A stretch of DNA of 64,000 nucleotides from Candidatus Latescibacterota bacterium (GTDB taxonomy: Bacteria > Latescibacterota > UBA2968), in NCBI GenBank assembly GCA_965222605.1, contig OZ244960.1, positions 2,976,001 through 3,040,000 on the forward strand, read 5' to 3'. Below, piece after piece: positions 11,536 to 21,450 of the stretch. The position numbers were made by a program, and so were the translations under genes. Position 1 is the first letter of the stretch. Each line of letters starts with the position of its first letter. Under the pieces are notes generated by a model that was not told the DNA's origin, did not search any database, and saw only the letters and a program-made list of their open reading frames with translations.

Positions 11536-11772
11536 AACGAATCTTCCCTCCTCTCGGTACAAACCTCAAGTTAAACTTGAAATCTGTACCGATTTTCTTA
11601 TTTTACCCTTGAGTTGCATCAACGCGGGAAATCTCACACCCGAACTGTCCCATGCCAGCGTACTGCATTTTACCGATGTGGATAACGTCTTCAGGTAAAC
11701 AGATGTGACCTGCTGAACCTGTTATTTCTTCCAAACAAGCGGCTTATATTCACAAACAAGGAGCAATGGAAA

Positions 11773-13701
11773 ATGAAAAAAGACCCTTATGCCGATCTGA
11801 CCTGGGAAGACCTTGAAGACTGGGCGGGTACTACAATCGTCAGCAGGGGACGCACCTACCAGCGCAACAATAGCGTTTCTGATTTGGGATTCACACCCGA
11901 AGGCGCACTCATCGCCTATGTGCTGGGCAGCGCGCGCTATGTTACGCAAGTGGCAATCCAGGAAGGGGACTTGACATCCGAGTGTACCTGTCCTTACTGG
12001 ACAAATTGCAAACACGCGGTTGCCGTGGTATTGGAATACCTGATGTGCTTAAAGAACGATGTTGCAGTACCAGAAATCCTGCAAACAGACGCCCGCCTGG
12101 ACACGCTGCAAGAAACAGAGACAACCGCAGAAGAATATTGGAATCCCGAATTGGGTATGTCGGCAGATGTAGAAGAACAATTAGAGGTCGAACAACAGCA
12201 GAATACCGGATCCCTTTTGGCCTACCTGAAAAAACAGACCAACGCACAACTCATAGAACTGCTCAACGAACTCACCAAAGCCTTTCCCGATGTGAGAGAA
12301 TTTCTGGAGGATCGCCGAAAGGTTCGCAGTGGCAATGCCAGCACGCTACTCAAAGCGATCAGAAAGGAAATAGCGGACATAAGAGAAGAACCCGACTGGG
12401 ATGAATATGAGCGGGAATATCAGCCTGTAAGTTTCAACCGTTTAAAAACATATCTTCAGGCACTTCTTCTGGCGGGCCAGGCCGACGAGGCCATTCCCCT
12501 GGGCAAAGAATTGATCAACGCCGTCAATTTCGCGCTTGAAACCTACGATATCGAAGGAGACATAATTGATGAAGTCCCAGCCTGCATGGAATTTGTGATT
12601 CAGGCTCTACCAGCGTCCTCGCTGTCTTCGTACGAAAAATTGGCATGGGCGGTGGACATGGACCTGGGCGACAGCTACGAACTGTGTTATGACGTGCTGG
12701 AAAATATTTGGAATAATGCAAATAAGAAATCCGACTGGCATGCATTGGCCGACGAATTGCAAAAACGCCTGAATGCCATTCGGTCAGATAATGACCTCCG
12801 ACGCCAAGTGACCGGATGGCTCATCGCTGCACTCGAGCAAACCGGGCGCGAAGATGAAATCATCCCTCTGCGCGAGCGCGAGGCCGAAATCACTGGCGAA
12901 TATACACAGCTGATAGACCTCCTGATTGGTGAAAAACACTATGAAGAAGCCAAAAACTGGTGCCAGAAAGCCATTACAAACACAGACCCCAATCATTTGG
13001 GTAATATCTCAGATATTGAGGACCGGTTGCGTACCATTCAAGAAAAAACTGGTGACTATCTCAGTGCTGCGGCCTTTTATGCGGATGACTTTTTCTCTAA
13101 TCCTTCGCTGCATACTTTTCAAGAATTGTGCAAATCTGCACAAAAGGCCAAAGTGGGACCAGCCGTCGAAGCATGGGCGCGCTATTTTCTGGAAACTGGA
13201 CACTTACCTCGAACAAAGGGCAGAAAGCGAAAAGGGGAACCCAATGACAAATGGCCTTTACCAAAGACGGAATTTGAAAAAGACATTCACCCTTCAGAAG
13301 TTCCCATGATCCATCTCCTGATCGAACTTGCCATCGCAGAGAAAAAGCCAACAGAGGTTTTGAAGTGGTACGATATAAAACCATCCACAATAGGCTACTC
13401 ATGGGGCTATATGTACACATCATCGCTCGACGTAGCCCAGGCCATTAAAGAAAAATATCCAGACCGCGCCATAGCGATCTGGAAAGAACTGGCCGAGTCT
13501 GAGATCAGCCGCGTTGAAGTTTCCGGTTATCAGAAAGCCGGTACCTATCTCCGCGAGGTGCGAGACACATTAAAGCGTCTCAACAGGGAAAAAGAATGGG
13601 AAGCGTATTTGAGCGAACTGAGAAACGAAAACAAAAGAAGACCGCGCTGTCTGGAAGTCCTGGATGGTTTGGCAGGCAAGCGCATCATCGATAGGGAATA
13701 G
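11773..13701 (+). CDS. SWIM zinc finger family protein
   Basis: SRGRTY, ECTCPYWTNCKHAVAV, helical repeat body, C-terminal KRRPR. Confidence 0.88.
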   Translation: MKKDPYADLTWEDLEDWAGTTIVSRGRTYQRNNSVSDLGFTPEGALIAYVLGSARYVTQVAIQEGDLTSECTCPYWTNCKHAVAVVLEYLMCLKNDVAVPEILQTDARLDTLQETETTAEEYWNPELGMSADVEEQLEVEQQQNTGSLLAYLKKQTNAQLIELLNELTKAFPDVREFLEDRRKVRSGNASTLLKAIRKEIADIREEPDWDEYEREYQPVSFNRLKTYLQALLLAGQADEAIPLGKELINAVNFALETYDIEGDIIDEVPACMEFVIQALPASSLSSYEKLAWAVDMDLGDSYELCYDVLENIWNNANKKSDWHALADELQKRLNAIRSDNDLRRQVTGWLIAALEQTGREDEIIPLREREAEITGEYTQLIDLLIGEKHYEEAKNWCQKAITNTDPNHLGNISDIEDRLRTIQEKTGDYLSAAAFYADDFFSNPSLHTFQELCKSAQKAKVGPAVEAWARYFLETGHLPRTKGRKRKGEPNDKWPLPKTEFEKDIHPSEVPMIHLLIELAIAEKKPTEVLKWYDIKPSTIGYSWGYMYTSSLDVAQAIKEKYPDRAIAIWKELAESEISRVEVSGYQKAGTYLREVRDTLKRLNREKEWEAYLSELRNENKRRPRCLEVLDGLAGKRIIDRE

Positions 13702-13812
13702 GTTATGTTTGAATCGCAGTTATTCGCGTGTGGGGGCTTTCTTTTTTTACTACTGCACTTAAAATCATTGTCAACAGATTTGTTGAAGCAGCTAAAAACA
13801 ACCAAACCTTCT

Positions 13813-13882
13813 GGATCGCGGCTTAAAGCATGCCGCGATGACGAGTGCCTTTAACGTCTCACATTTTACGTCTTACGTCTCA
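13813..13882. repeat. GTCAT-type palindromic repeat plus 7-nt tandem repeats
   Basis: GGATCGCGGCTTAAAGCATGCCGCGATGAC hairpin then ACGTCTC ACATTTT ACGTCTT ACGTCTC. Confidence 0.6.
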
Positions 13883-13890
13883 CCTGCTCC

Positions 13891-14880
13891 TCACTTCAAA
13901 AACCCCTGAACCCGCGGGTGATCGAGCACATCGATATTCAGCACATCCCTGGGCGGGCGACCTTCGAGCGCGTCGATAATTTGCTCGACACAACATTCGT
14001 CAAGTCGAATCGCGGATTCAACGGAAATGCCCGCGTTGTGATTGGTACAAATGATGCGGGGGTGGTCTTTGTGAATCGCGCGGGTCTGATTGACGGGATC
14101 ATCGACGAGATAATAATAGAGCCGCTCTTCTTTAATCGCACGGTTCACCGCTTCGTCATCCACCAGATTGCCGCGCGAGGGATTAATCAACGAAGCGTGT
14201 GGTTTCATCGCACAAAGCAAATCGTAGGTCACAACGGTATCATCGCCTGAAAGATGGAGAGAAATCGCATCGCACGTCTCGAAAAGAGCGCGGGGATCAT
14301 CCACCACCTCGGCATTGTATTGCGCGGCGACCTCGACAATATCGGGACGGATATCATAGACGAGCAAGCGTCCTGAATCGCCCAGAAGCGGACGCGCGCG
14401 TTCGGCCATCGCCTGACCGATCCGCCCAAGCCCCCAAATGCCCAGAGTAGAGCCTTCCGTGTCATAAGTCTTGATAATCTCAAAATTCCCCGCATGGCTA
14501 TTTCGGTTCAAAGTATAAACGCGTTTCAGCGCAGCCATCCACTGCGCGATTGCAAATTCGGCGACTGTGGCCATATGCACAGGGGCAACCGTGACGATAA
14601 CACCGCAATCGGTTGCGCGCGGCACATCGACCTTTTCAAAACCCACACCCCAGCGAGCAACAATGCGCAAATCGCGCGCAGTGGCGTAAAACTCGGGCGA
14701 GAACACAACCGAATCCGCCAAAACACCCACCACACCCTCGGCGTGTTCGGCACCAAATTCGGACGCAGCGTAAAATTCCACCTCGGCGTATTCGCGCAAC
14801 CTGTCAATCGCCTTTGTCCGCTCCTCAGATTCAAACTCGGGACCCTGCAATTTATCTGTAATGAGAATTTTTTGAGCCAT
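13891..14880 (-). CDS. D-isomer specific 2-hydroxyacid dehydrogenase
   Basis: ARWGVGFEKVD, GIWGLGRIG, INPSRG, NHNAG. Confidence 0.88.
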   Translation of the reverse strand: MAQKILITDKLQGPEFESEERTKAIDRLREYAEVEFYAASEFGAEHAEGVVGVLADSVVFSPEFYATARDLRIVARWGVGFEKVDVPRATDCGVIVTVAPVHMATVAEFAIAQWMAALKRVYTLNRNSHAGNFEIIKTYDTEGSTLGIWGLGRIGQAMAERARPLLGDSGRLLVYDIRPDIVEVAAQYNAEVVDDPRALFETCDAISLHLSGDDTVVTYDLLCAMKPHASLINPSRGNLVDDEAVNRAIKEERLYYYLVDDPVNQTRAIHKDHPRIICTNHNAGISVESAIRLDECCVEQIIDALEGRPPRDVLNIDVLDHPRVQGFLK

Positions 14881-14994
14881 ATCTCCCTCTGAAATTCGTT
14901 AATGAACTGCTGTCTTCTTCTCGCCTTTCATCTGCGTAAAACGCTCAGATTATTCGCGTTTTTTCTGCGCCATCTGCGGATACTTTTGATTTCC

Positions 14995-15885
14995 TTATTC
15001 AATCAGCGGCAACAACGTCTCAGCGGTTTTCTTCACGAGAAAAGTGTAAAATTCTTCACTCAACAGACTGCTCCCGTGATCCTGAATAAACTTGAGTTCC
15101 TCGGGTGTAATATCAACGGGATTGGTCTCAACCGCATTGGGATATTCATTGGTAGGAGTTCGATCAATCGGCGCGACAAATTCCACCGTGAGCGCATCGT
15201 CATAACCCACATCTTTGAGCGTCGCGATCAATTTTGCCCAATCCCAGTTCCCCAGACCACATGCCATGCGATTGTTATCCGCCACATGAAAATCCACGAG
15301 CCTGTCCCCAGCATCTCGGATAGCTTGATACGGGTCTGCTTCTTCGATATTGATATGAAAAGCATCTAAACACACGCCGCAATTCGCACCGGTCGCCTCT
15401 GCCAGAGCAAGTGCCTGAGCACCTCGGGTAATAAAATAAGTCTCAAACCGATTGATGGGTTCAATAGCGAGGCGAACCCCCTCTCTCTCGGAATGATCGT
15501 AAACCTCCTGCATGCCGGCCACAGCCCATTGCCATTCTTCATCTGGCGTGGCATCCGGTCCAATTTTTCCCACAGTAGCTGGCACCACCGTCAGCTCACA
15601 CCCATTGAGTTCTTTAACCATCGTAACACAGTCCTTGACGTACTGCACGGATTGTGCCCGAATCCCCGCATCTTTTGCGAGCATATTGCGGTCACCCATC
15701 ATCAACGTCACCGCCCCCCAGCAACGGATATTGTACTCATTGAGCAAAGCGCGCACTTCTCTGGTGTCATACCGCTCGGGTTCACCGCTAAGCTCGATAC
15801 TTTCGTAGCCAAATTTTGCCAACCTCTCAAGCGTGGCTTCAAGAGACTCCGAGCGCATCCAATTGTGCATAGATAAGTGCATCAA
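14995..15885 (-). CDS. Sugar phosphate isomerase/epimerase (D-tagatose 3-epimerase-like)
   Basis: IEPINRFET, LDAFHINIEE, FHVADNNR, TVEF. Confidence 0.88.
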   Translation of the reverse strand: MMHLSMHNWMRSESLEATLERLAKFGYESIELSGEPERYDTREVRALLNEYNIRCWGAVTLMMGDRNMLAKDAGIRAQSVQYVKDCVTMVKELNGCELTVVPATVGKIGPDATPDEEWQWAVAGMQEVYDHSEREGVRLAIEPINRFETYFITRGAQALALAEATGANCGVCLDAFHINIEEADPYQAIRDAGDRLVDFHVADNNRMACGLGNWDWAKLIATLKDVGYDDALTVEFVAPIDRTPTNEYPNAVETNPVDITPEELKFIQDHGSSLLSEEFYTFLVKKTAETLLPLIE

Positions 15886-16703
15886 TAACCTCCCGGAACA
15901 ATAAGATCCGGCGTATTTTCAACGCGCCCCCACCAGAGAGAGATATCAAAAGTAGGATCTCCAGTGAGAAAACGCCAGAACTTAATGCGATTCATAAGTT
16001 CAATACGGTGGCGTTGCCCGTGCCAGGGAATCTTCTGGTTGAGTGCTTGTTTAACCTCAGGGCTATCGAGATCATCGGTATTCCACAGGCGCTGTTGGCG
16101 AACCGTGGGATTGAGGCGGAGCTTAAACATATACCGATCTCTATCGGTAAAATTGCTCCGCGCCGAATGCCATATATTGGTATGCCAGAAAAACATCGTC
16201 CCCGCTTCGCAGACCGCCTGCACCTGCCCTATGATATTTTGATAGCGTTTGATTTCGGCTTCGTGAACCCGACGAAATTGCGTACCCGGCACAAAAAGCG
16301 TACCGCCGCTTTCGAGCGGTGTGTCTTCTGGGAAAAAGGAAATCTGAATATCGAAATGCAAATCGCGAACATCGTATTCCGCATCCTGATGCAAATTGGC
16401 ACCCTTGCGCGTATTTGCCGGCGTGAGATGCGCCGCGTGATGATCGTATCGCGGATTGGGGCCCACCAGACTGTGAATAATCGCTGCCACTTTGGGCAGG
16501 CGAAAAACCTTGCCAATGGCTTCATCGGGCCAAACCTCGTTAAAAGACGCGCCCATCGGAGCGCGGCGTCTAATCTTGCCGGTGCTCATCTCATCATGTG
16601 TAGCTTCGCAAAGTTCCCGCGGCACCAGATTGTCAAAACGCAGAAAACCCGTGCTTGCGAACTGGGCCATTTCTACGGACGTGAGCAAAAGATTCTTATT
16701 CAT
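15882..16703 (-). CDS. Phytanoyl-CoA dioxygenase family protein
   Basis: LHQD, GGTLFVPG, AGTMFFWHTNIWH, DRY. Confidence 0.85.
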   Translation of the reverse strand: MNKNLLLTSVEMAQFASTGFLRFDNLVPRELCEATHDEMSTGKIRRRAPMGASFNEVWPDEAIGKVFRLPKVAAIIHSLVGPNPRYDHHAAHLTPANTRKGANLHQDAEYDVRDLHFDIQISFFPEDTPLESGGTLFVPGTQFRRVHEAEIKRYQNIIGQVQAVCEAGTMFFWHTNIWHSARSNFTDRDRYMFKLRLNPTVRQQRLWNTDDLDSPEVKQALNQKIPWHGQRHRIELMNRIKFWRFLTGDPTFDISLWWGRVENTPDLIVPGGY

Positions 16704-16986
16704 TTATCGCCTCCATTTTTTCCAGGACAAATTCAAAATCGAGATAGTCGTTTTCGTATTCGCGCCCAACTTCCGGTGTTTTCAGAAAAGGCACTTGAAT
16801 AACGCGCCAGCCATCGCGCATGGCATCCAGCACAGAGTTATAAGGCGGCTCGGCATCTTCACCCGCGGCTTCAAACATCTCATCAGTAGTCCCATCGTAA
16901 TACGACCAACCAACAACTTCGCTCTCCAAACTGGAATTGCCGAGATAGAGAAAGAGTAACTTTTGTCTCAGTTGTGTTTCAGGCAT
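16696..16986 (-). CDS. Small hypothetical protein translationally coupled to the PhyH gene
   Basis: ORF overlaps PhyH start; PPYNSVLDAMRDGWRVIQ. Confidence 0.65.
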   Translation of the reverse strand: MPETQLRQKLLFLYLGNSSLESEVVGWSYYDGTTDEMFEAAGEDAEPPYNSVLDAMRDGWRVIQVPFLKTPEVGREYENDYLDFEFVLEKMEAINE

Positions 16987-17023
16987 TCGCGGATTCCTTA
17001 TAAGAATTATGCACACCCCTCAT

Positions 17024-17830
17024 TTATACGAGATCACCCAAATCTAGCATATCGCGTGTAATAAGCGGATTTCCCAGGGGACGGTCGATAAAGGGACCGT
17101 GATAGTCTGAGCCACCGGAGATGAGCAGATTGTTCTGTTTGCAGAAATCAATATAGTAGTTGGCTTCAGAGAGATCGTTTAGCGAGGGCGAATAGCATTC
17201 GATACCAGCGATGCCAAAGTCGCGCCATTGCATGAGTTGATCTCTGGACATCAGTTCGCCGCCCTGATACACATTGGGATGCGCGAGAAAAGGGATACCA
17301 CCTGCGTCTTTGACAGTCTGGATAACAGTTTCAGGAGGTGGGCATTCAGCACGTATGGTCAGGTGTTGAGAGCGCGCAAAGTAGCCGGGAATATCCTGGA
17401 TGACGCCCTGGTCAATGAGAAAATTCAAGGACTTCCAGCCGCCGCGTATCGGATCATAAGTATAGGATTCGTATTGTTCAAAATCGATGCGAGCGTCTTG
17501 TTCAGACAACAGGCGAACCGTTTCTCGATTGAGAGTAATGCGCTCCTCGCGGTTGTGTGAGAGAATAGATTGAAGACCCGAGTGCTCAATGTCAATACCA
17601 TAGCTGGTGATGTGATATTCGCGATCGTACAGCGTTGAAATTTCAACGCCGGGGATACAGTGCATACCACGCGCTTTGCCTTCGGACACCATAGGTTGAC
17701 TATTTTGGGTCGTATCGTGGTCGGTAACCGCAAAAGTCGTGATATCGTATTTCGCGAGCAAATCGAGAAGTTCAGACCGCGTCCATGCACCATCAGAAGC
17801 GGTCGTGTGCATGTGAAGATCAATGTACAT
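17024..17830 (-). CDS. PHP domain protein
   Basis: IDLHMHTTASDG, AVTDHDT, GVEIS, LAHP, GGSDYHG. Confidence 0.9.
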   Translation of the reverse strand: MYIDLHMHTTASDGAWTRSELLDLLAKYDITTFAVTDHDTTQNSQPMVSEGKARGMHCIPGVEISTLYDREYHITSYGIDIEHSGLQSILSHNREERITLNRETVRLLSEQDARIDFEQYESYTYDPIRGGWKSLNFLIDQGVIQDIPGYFARSQHLTIRAECPPPETVIQTVKDAGGIPFLAHPNVYQGGELMSRDQLMQWRDFGIAGIECYSPSLNDLSEANYYIDFCKQNNLLISGGSDYHGPFIDRPLGNPLITRDMLDLGDLV

Positions 17831-17866
17831 GCAGGTTATTCCTACCAGTACCAATTAAGGGAGTTA

Positions 17867-18094
17867 TCAAACGAGGTTTTCAGTTGGGATCGTTCTTAAA
17901 AGATTCCCCATCACTTTTTTTGCATTAAAAATATCGATCAGATAAACCTGACCATCTTTAAATTCAACTGTAAAACCATCACCTTCGATCACCCGGTCAG
18001 GTATGCCTCGCATATCTCGCCGAAAAAAGAGAATATTTCCGGTTTGAGGATCGATCTTTTTGTCAAAAAGTTCAGGCTTAAAGTTTAAATCCAT
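17867..18094 (-). CDS. DUF2283-like antitoxin
   Basis: ~75 aa, KDGQVYLIDIFNAKK motif, directly downstream of a small toxin-like ORF. Confidence 0.55.
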   Translation of the reverse strand: MDLNFKPELFDKKIDPQTGNILFFRRDMRGIPDRVIEGDGFTVEFKDGQVYLIDIFNAKKVMGNLLRTIPTENLV

Positions 18095-18330
18095 CGTTTT
18101 GCCTTTCGTCAATTATCAATGGTTCTTTGATCCGTTCGATAAATTGTGATAAAGTTTTTGGTGTCAGGATCAATGACAAGAACGAATAGTATGCCTGTGA
18201 TGCGAACAATTTTGATATCAGTGTTTTGCCTCTTGTCGTAGAACGTATGTATCGCGCTACTTTTTTCTACAACATCTGGATCAATTTCATAAAGTCCAAG
18301 TTTATCAAGGGCATGTTGAGTAAAGTTCAT
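18085..18330 (-). pseudogene. DUF4258/RelE-like toxin with premature TGA near the C-terminus
   Basis: MNFTQHALDKL...FITIYRTDQRTIDN*RKAKRWI*; read-through end overlaps the antitoxin ATG. Confidence 0.55.
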
Positions 18331-18372
18331 ACCAGAATGTAGTAAAATTAGAGGCTAAAAACAGCGACTTTT

Positions 18373-18684
18373 TTATCTATCTGTTTCGTAATCAAACACG
18401 AGCACATCATCGACAATTGGACGTATAAAAGTCTGGCTAAGTGCTCTGTGATCCGGATGCGGCAAATAGAAATCTCGCGCGGCCTCATCCGTAAACCGAA
18501 TAATAAACCCCCAGTCATAGCCGTAATTTTTACCCTCCGGGCTATTATTATACCCACCCGTAATCTCCACCATACCCGGAATACTACCCTTTTCTTTTAG
18601 CGCAAACAGACCATCGTGGAGCGCCCGGGTCTGTTCCCGCGTAACCCCATCTTTGAGCTTGAGAAGAACAATATGATCTATCAT
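18373..18684 (-). CDS. Dabb family (stress-responsive A/B barrel) protein
   Basis: MIDHIVLLKLK, GYNNSPE, YLPHPDH, VLVFDY. Confidence 0.88.
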   Translation of the reverse strand: MIDHIVLLKLKDGVTREQTRALHDGLFALKEKGSIPGMVEITGGYNNSPEGKNYGYDWGFIIRFTDEAARDFYLPHPDHRALSQTFIRPIVDDVLVFDYETDR

Positions 18685-18695
18685 AGAAAATCCTT

Positions 18696-21083
18696 TCACG
18701 TTATCGCGCGTTCCCGATACAAATTATAAACACACCACAGAACAAGCGCGTAAGCCACAGCGGCAATATAAAAATTGGTAGATATCCCAAATATAATAGA
18801 AACAAACACAGCCAGCGCAGAACACAGCACACCCATAATCCCATTCAGTGCCCAGAACCACGGGGTTTCATCTTCATAAGAAGTCTGAACCAGACGCATA
18901 CCCGTCGGAAAAAACAGCCCCATGAGCATCCCCACAGGAAAAATGACCAGAACAGACATCAGAATTTTTGTCGCTGTATCCTCAGCCATCATGTGAGACA
19001 GCAAATAGTGGAGAATGGTATTGAGAGCAACAACACTCATCGCCGTTATAATCGGAAAAACATAACCCCATGGTTTTCGAGTAAGCGGAAGATGATCGCT
19101 TACAAAACTGCCCATACCCGTACTCACAATAAGTGTAAACAGCAATATACCCAGCGAATAGATGGGATGTCCAGTAAATACGTTGAGCCGTTGAATCAGG
19201 GCAATCTCCACAAACATAAAAGCTGAGCCAATCAAAGAAAAATACAAAGCACCAAACCAGAAACCGCGTGTTTGCATCAACGTTGTGGGCCTGTGCGCGA
19301 GCCACAAAGGCACGCCAATCGTTGCAACAGTGAGTACTCCGAGCACGAGCAAAAGCACGAGCAACGTGGCGAGTGCTCTTAAATTTCCGCTGAGAACCCC
19401 CTCTTGACCTCGCAGTGCGGTATCCAGATGATTCAGCTTCAACATATTAAAAAAATAAGGATTGTCATCTGTCGGCGGGCTGTAATCGAGTTCGGCCTGA
19501 GCCACAGCCTCTGCGAGTTGATCTGTGGATTGAGCAGATAAAATCTGTCTCAAAACAGGTTCGGTGGGCAAATTGTTGGGCACATGCACAATTTGATATT
19601 GCAACTCCTCGCACACCTGTCTTAACCGGTTAATATCCGCCTCACTCAGCGGCTGCCGGCAAATCAGCAAAGTCGAGACATTGCCAATAGTGATGAGTGC
19701 CATGTGGTCCGCCGGTTTTTTTACACTCAGCCGCAAGAGCGATTCAACGCCCAGGCTCAACACGCGACCGGTTTCCCCAATATGTTCAGCGCTATACCAC
19801 CGCGACACCGTGAAAATACCATCTTCTGACAGACGGTTGAGAAATGTCTGCCAGGCTTCAACCGTATAGAGCGCGTTTTCAGACAGAGAAAAAGCACCCG
19901 CGCCCGTTGCTGCCCAGGTATCGATCAACGCCATCTGAATAACGGAAAACTGCTCGCGGCTTTGCGACAAAAAACTGCGCGCATCATCCACCACAAAGGT
20001 CACGTCATCCCGATTGGCGAGACCGGCAAATTCGCGAAACTCATTTTGGAGCAAATCGACAAATATCGGATTGACCTCAATACCCAAAACAGCGTCGTGA
20101 CCAAAAAATAGCGCACTCTGGATATCTTTCCCCCCGCCCACACCAATAATACACGCTTTGCCCCGTCTATTGAGATAATACCCGACATTTGTGATATCAT
20201 AACGCAGATGTTCAATATCTTTGGGCGAAGCAAAAGATCTGATAGCCGTGCCCGCTGCACCATCAATCGTCATTCCGTAAAAAAAGATATTCTCTCTCTG
20301 TGCTACAGGACTACCACCCCAGAGTTGCGGGGGCAAATATTGTTGGCGATAAACAACAACGCGCGAAAAGGAATTCCACCGCTCTAAAATCTGTTCGCTG
20401 AGTCTTTGAAATTTCTCTTTCACAAACATCGGGCGAACACCATGTGGGGTTTGGGCATTGACAACTCCCAGAAAAAAAAACACCAGAGCGAGCGCGATAT
20501 AACGACGGACAGAGCGGGATCGCGCAAGACGGGCAAAACACGCACCTGCCAGCGCACCAATACCGCTACACCACAACATAAGACTCGGCGCATCAATTAG
20601 CTCGAGACCGCCCAGAACAATCAGACATCCAGCAGAAGCACCTGCCAAATCACTGGCATAAAGCCTGCCAATCGGTGCATTGAATCGCGTCAACACAGTG
20701 GTAATAACAAGCCCCGCATAATAAAACGGCCAGGCACAGATCAGCGTTGCTACAAAAAGCACGATCAGACTCAGAATACTTTTGTAGAATCCTATTGGCA
20801 AAACGCACAAAAGGATCAAACTAACGGGTATAGACAGCGCAAACCCGACACAGGCTCGGATGAGCGCTTCGATCTTATTCTCATCGTCAAAGCGCTCTTT
20901 TTGTACATAGACCTGGATAGCCCCCGCCGTCATACCCAGCATAGCAATAGAAATCGAAAAAAATGCCAGATGGTACCACGTAATAACACTCAGCAACCGC
21001 ACCAGAATAATCTGGATCGCCAGCGACGCCAAAGCGATCAAAAAAAGACCGGAATAAGCTGCGATTGATCGTTCATTTTTCAT
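18696..21083 (-). CDS. Multi-pass membrane protein with spermidine synthase-like/class I SAM-methyltransferase domain
   Basis: Many TM segments, LYASDLAGA, IIGVGGGKD, DDARSF, ENALYTVEA. Confidence 0.82.
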   Translation of the reverse strand: MKNERSIAAYSGLFLIALASLAIQIILVRLLSVITWYHLAFFSISIAMLGMTAGAIQVYVQKERFDDENKIEALIRACVGFALSIPVSLILLCVLPIGFYKSILSLIVLFVATLICAWPFYYAGLVITTVLTRFNAPIGRLYASDLAGASAGCLIVLGGLELIDAPSLMLWCSGIGALAGACFARLARSRSVRRYIALALVFFFLGVVNAQTPHGVRPMFVKEKFQRLSEQILERWNSFSRVVVYRQQYLPPQLWGGSPVAQRENIFFYGMTIDGAAGTAIRSFASPKDIEHLRYDITNVGYYLNRRGKACIIGVGGGKDIQSALFFGHDAVLGIEVNPIFVDLLQNEFREFAGLANRDDVTFVVDDARSFLSQSREQFSVIQMALIDTWAATGAGAFSLSENALYTVEAWQTFLNRLSEDGIFTVSRWYSAEHIGETGRVLSLGVESLLRLSVKKPADHMALITIGNVSTLLICRQPLSEADINRLRQVCEELQYQIVHVPNNLPTEPVLRQILSAQSTDQLAEAVAQAELDYSPPTDDNPYFFNMLKLNHLDTALRGQEGVLSGNLRALATLLVLLLVLGVLTVATIGVPLWLAHRPTTLMQTRGFWFGALYFSLIGSAFMFVEIALIQRLNVFTGHPIYSLGILLFTLIVSTGMGSFVSDHLPLTRKPWGYVFPIITAMSVVALNTILHYLLSHMMAEDTATKILMSVLVIFPVGMLMGLFFPTGMRLVQTSYEDETPWFWALNGIMGVLCSALAVFVSIIFGISTNFYIAAVAYALVLWCVYNLYRERAIT

Positions 21084-21109
21084 AGGCAATAGAAATTCAT
21101 CCATACAAT

Positions 21110-21136
21110 GTAGGGGCGGTGCCCCCGTGCCCGCCC
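21110..21136 (+). repeat. GTAG-type REP
   Basis: GTAGGGGCGGTGCCCCCGTGCCCGCCC, similar to the REPs at 2309-2383. Confidence 0.65.
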
Positions 21137-21450
21137 GTAGTTCCGTCTATCCATCCCGAAGGTACACCGAATCGGCGAAATCATCAAGCCTAATGCATGC
21201 TAAGCCATATAGCCAATAGTAACAGGGGGTTGTCCCGACTACTGAATTACTATTTTGACAAATGTTTTTAGTTTTCTATATTGGCTGGCATTCACAGGGT
21301 ATTTTTTTACGTGAGAATCTGCTTTGGTGATTTTAGACTTATCATGCCTGTCTATCTATCGGTGATGGGACGCTGATGCCGGGCGTCATATCATGTATCG
21401 AGATATAAGACAATTTCTTGGATCGAAAACTTATCTCACAAGAGGTAGAG

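Noticed and set aside
11677-11685. Single perfect DnaA box upstream of the SWIM gene
   Set aside because: An isolated 9-mer is expected by chance.
14903-14914. TGAACTGCTGTC, 12-bp match to half of the short mini-element
   Set aside because: The other stem arm and the foot are missing; not counted as a copy, though it could be a truncated one.
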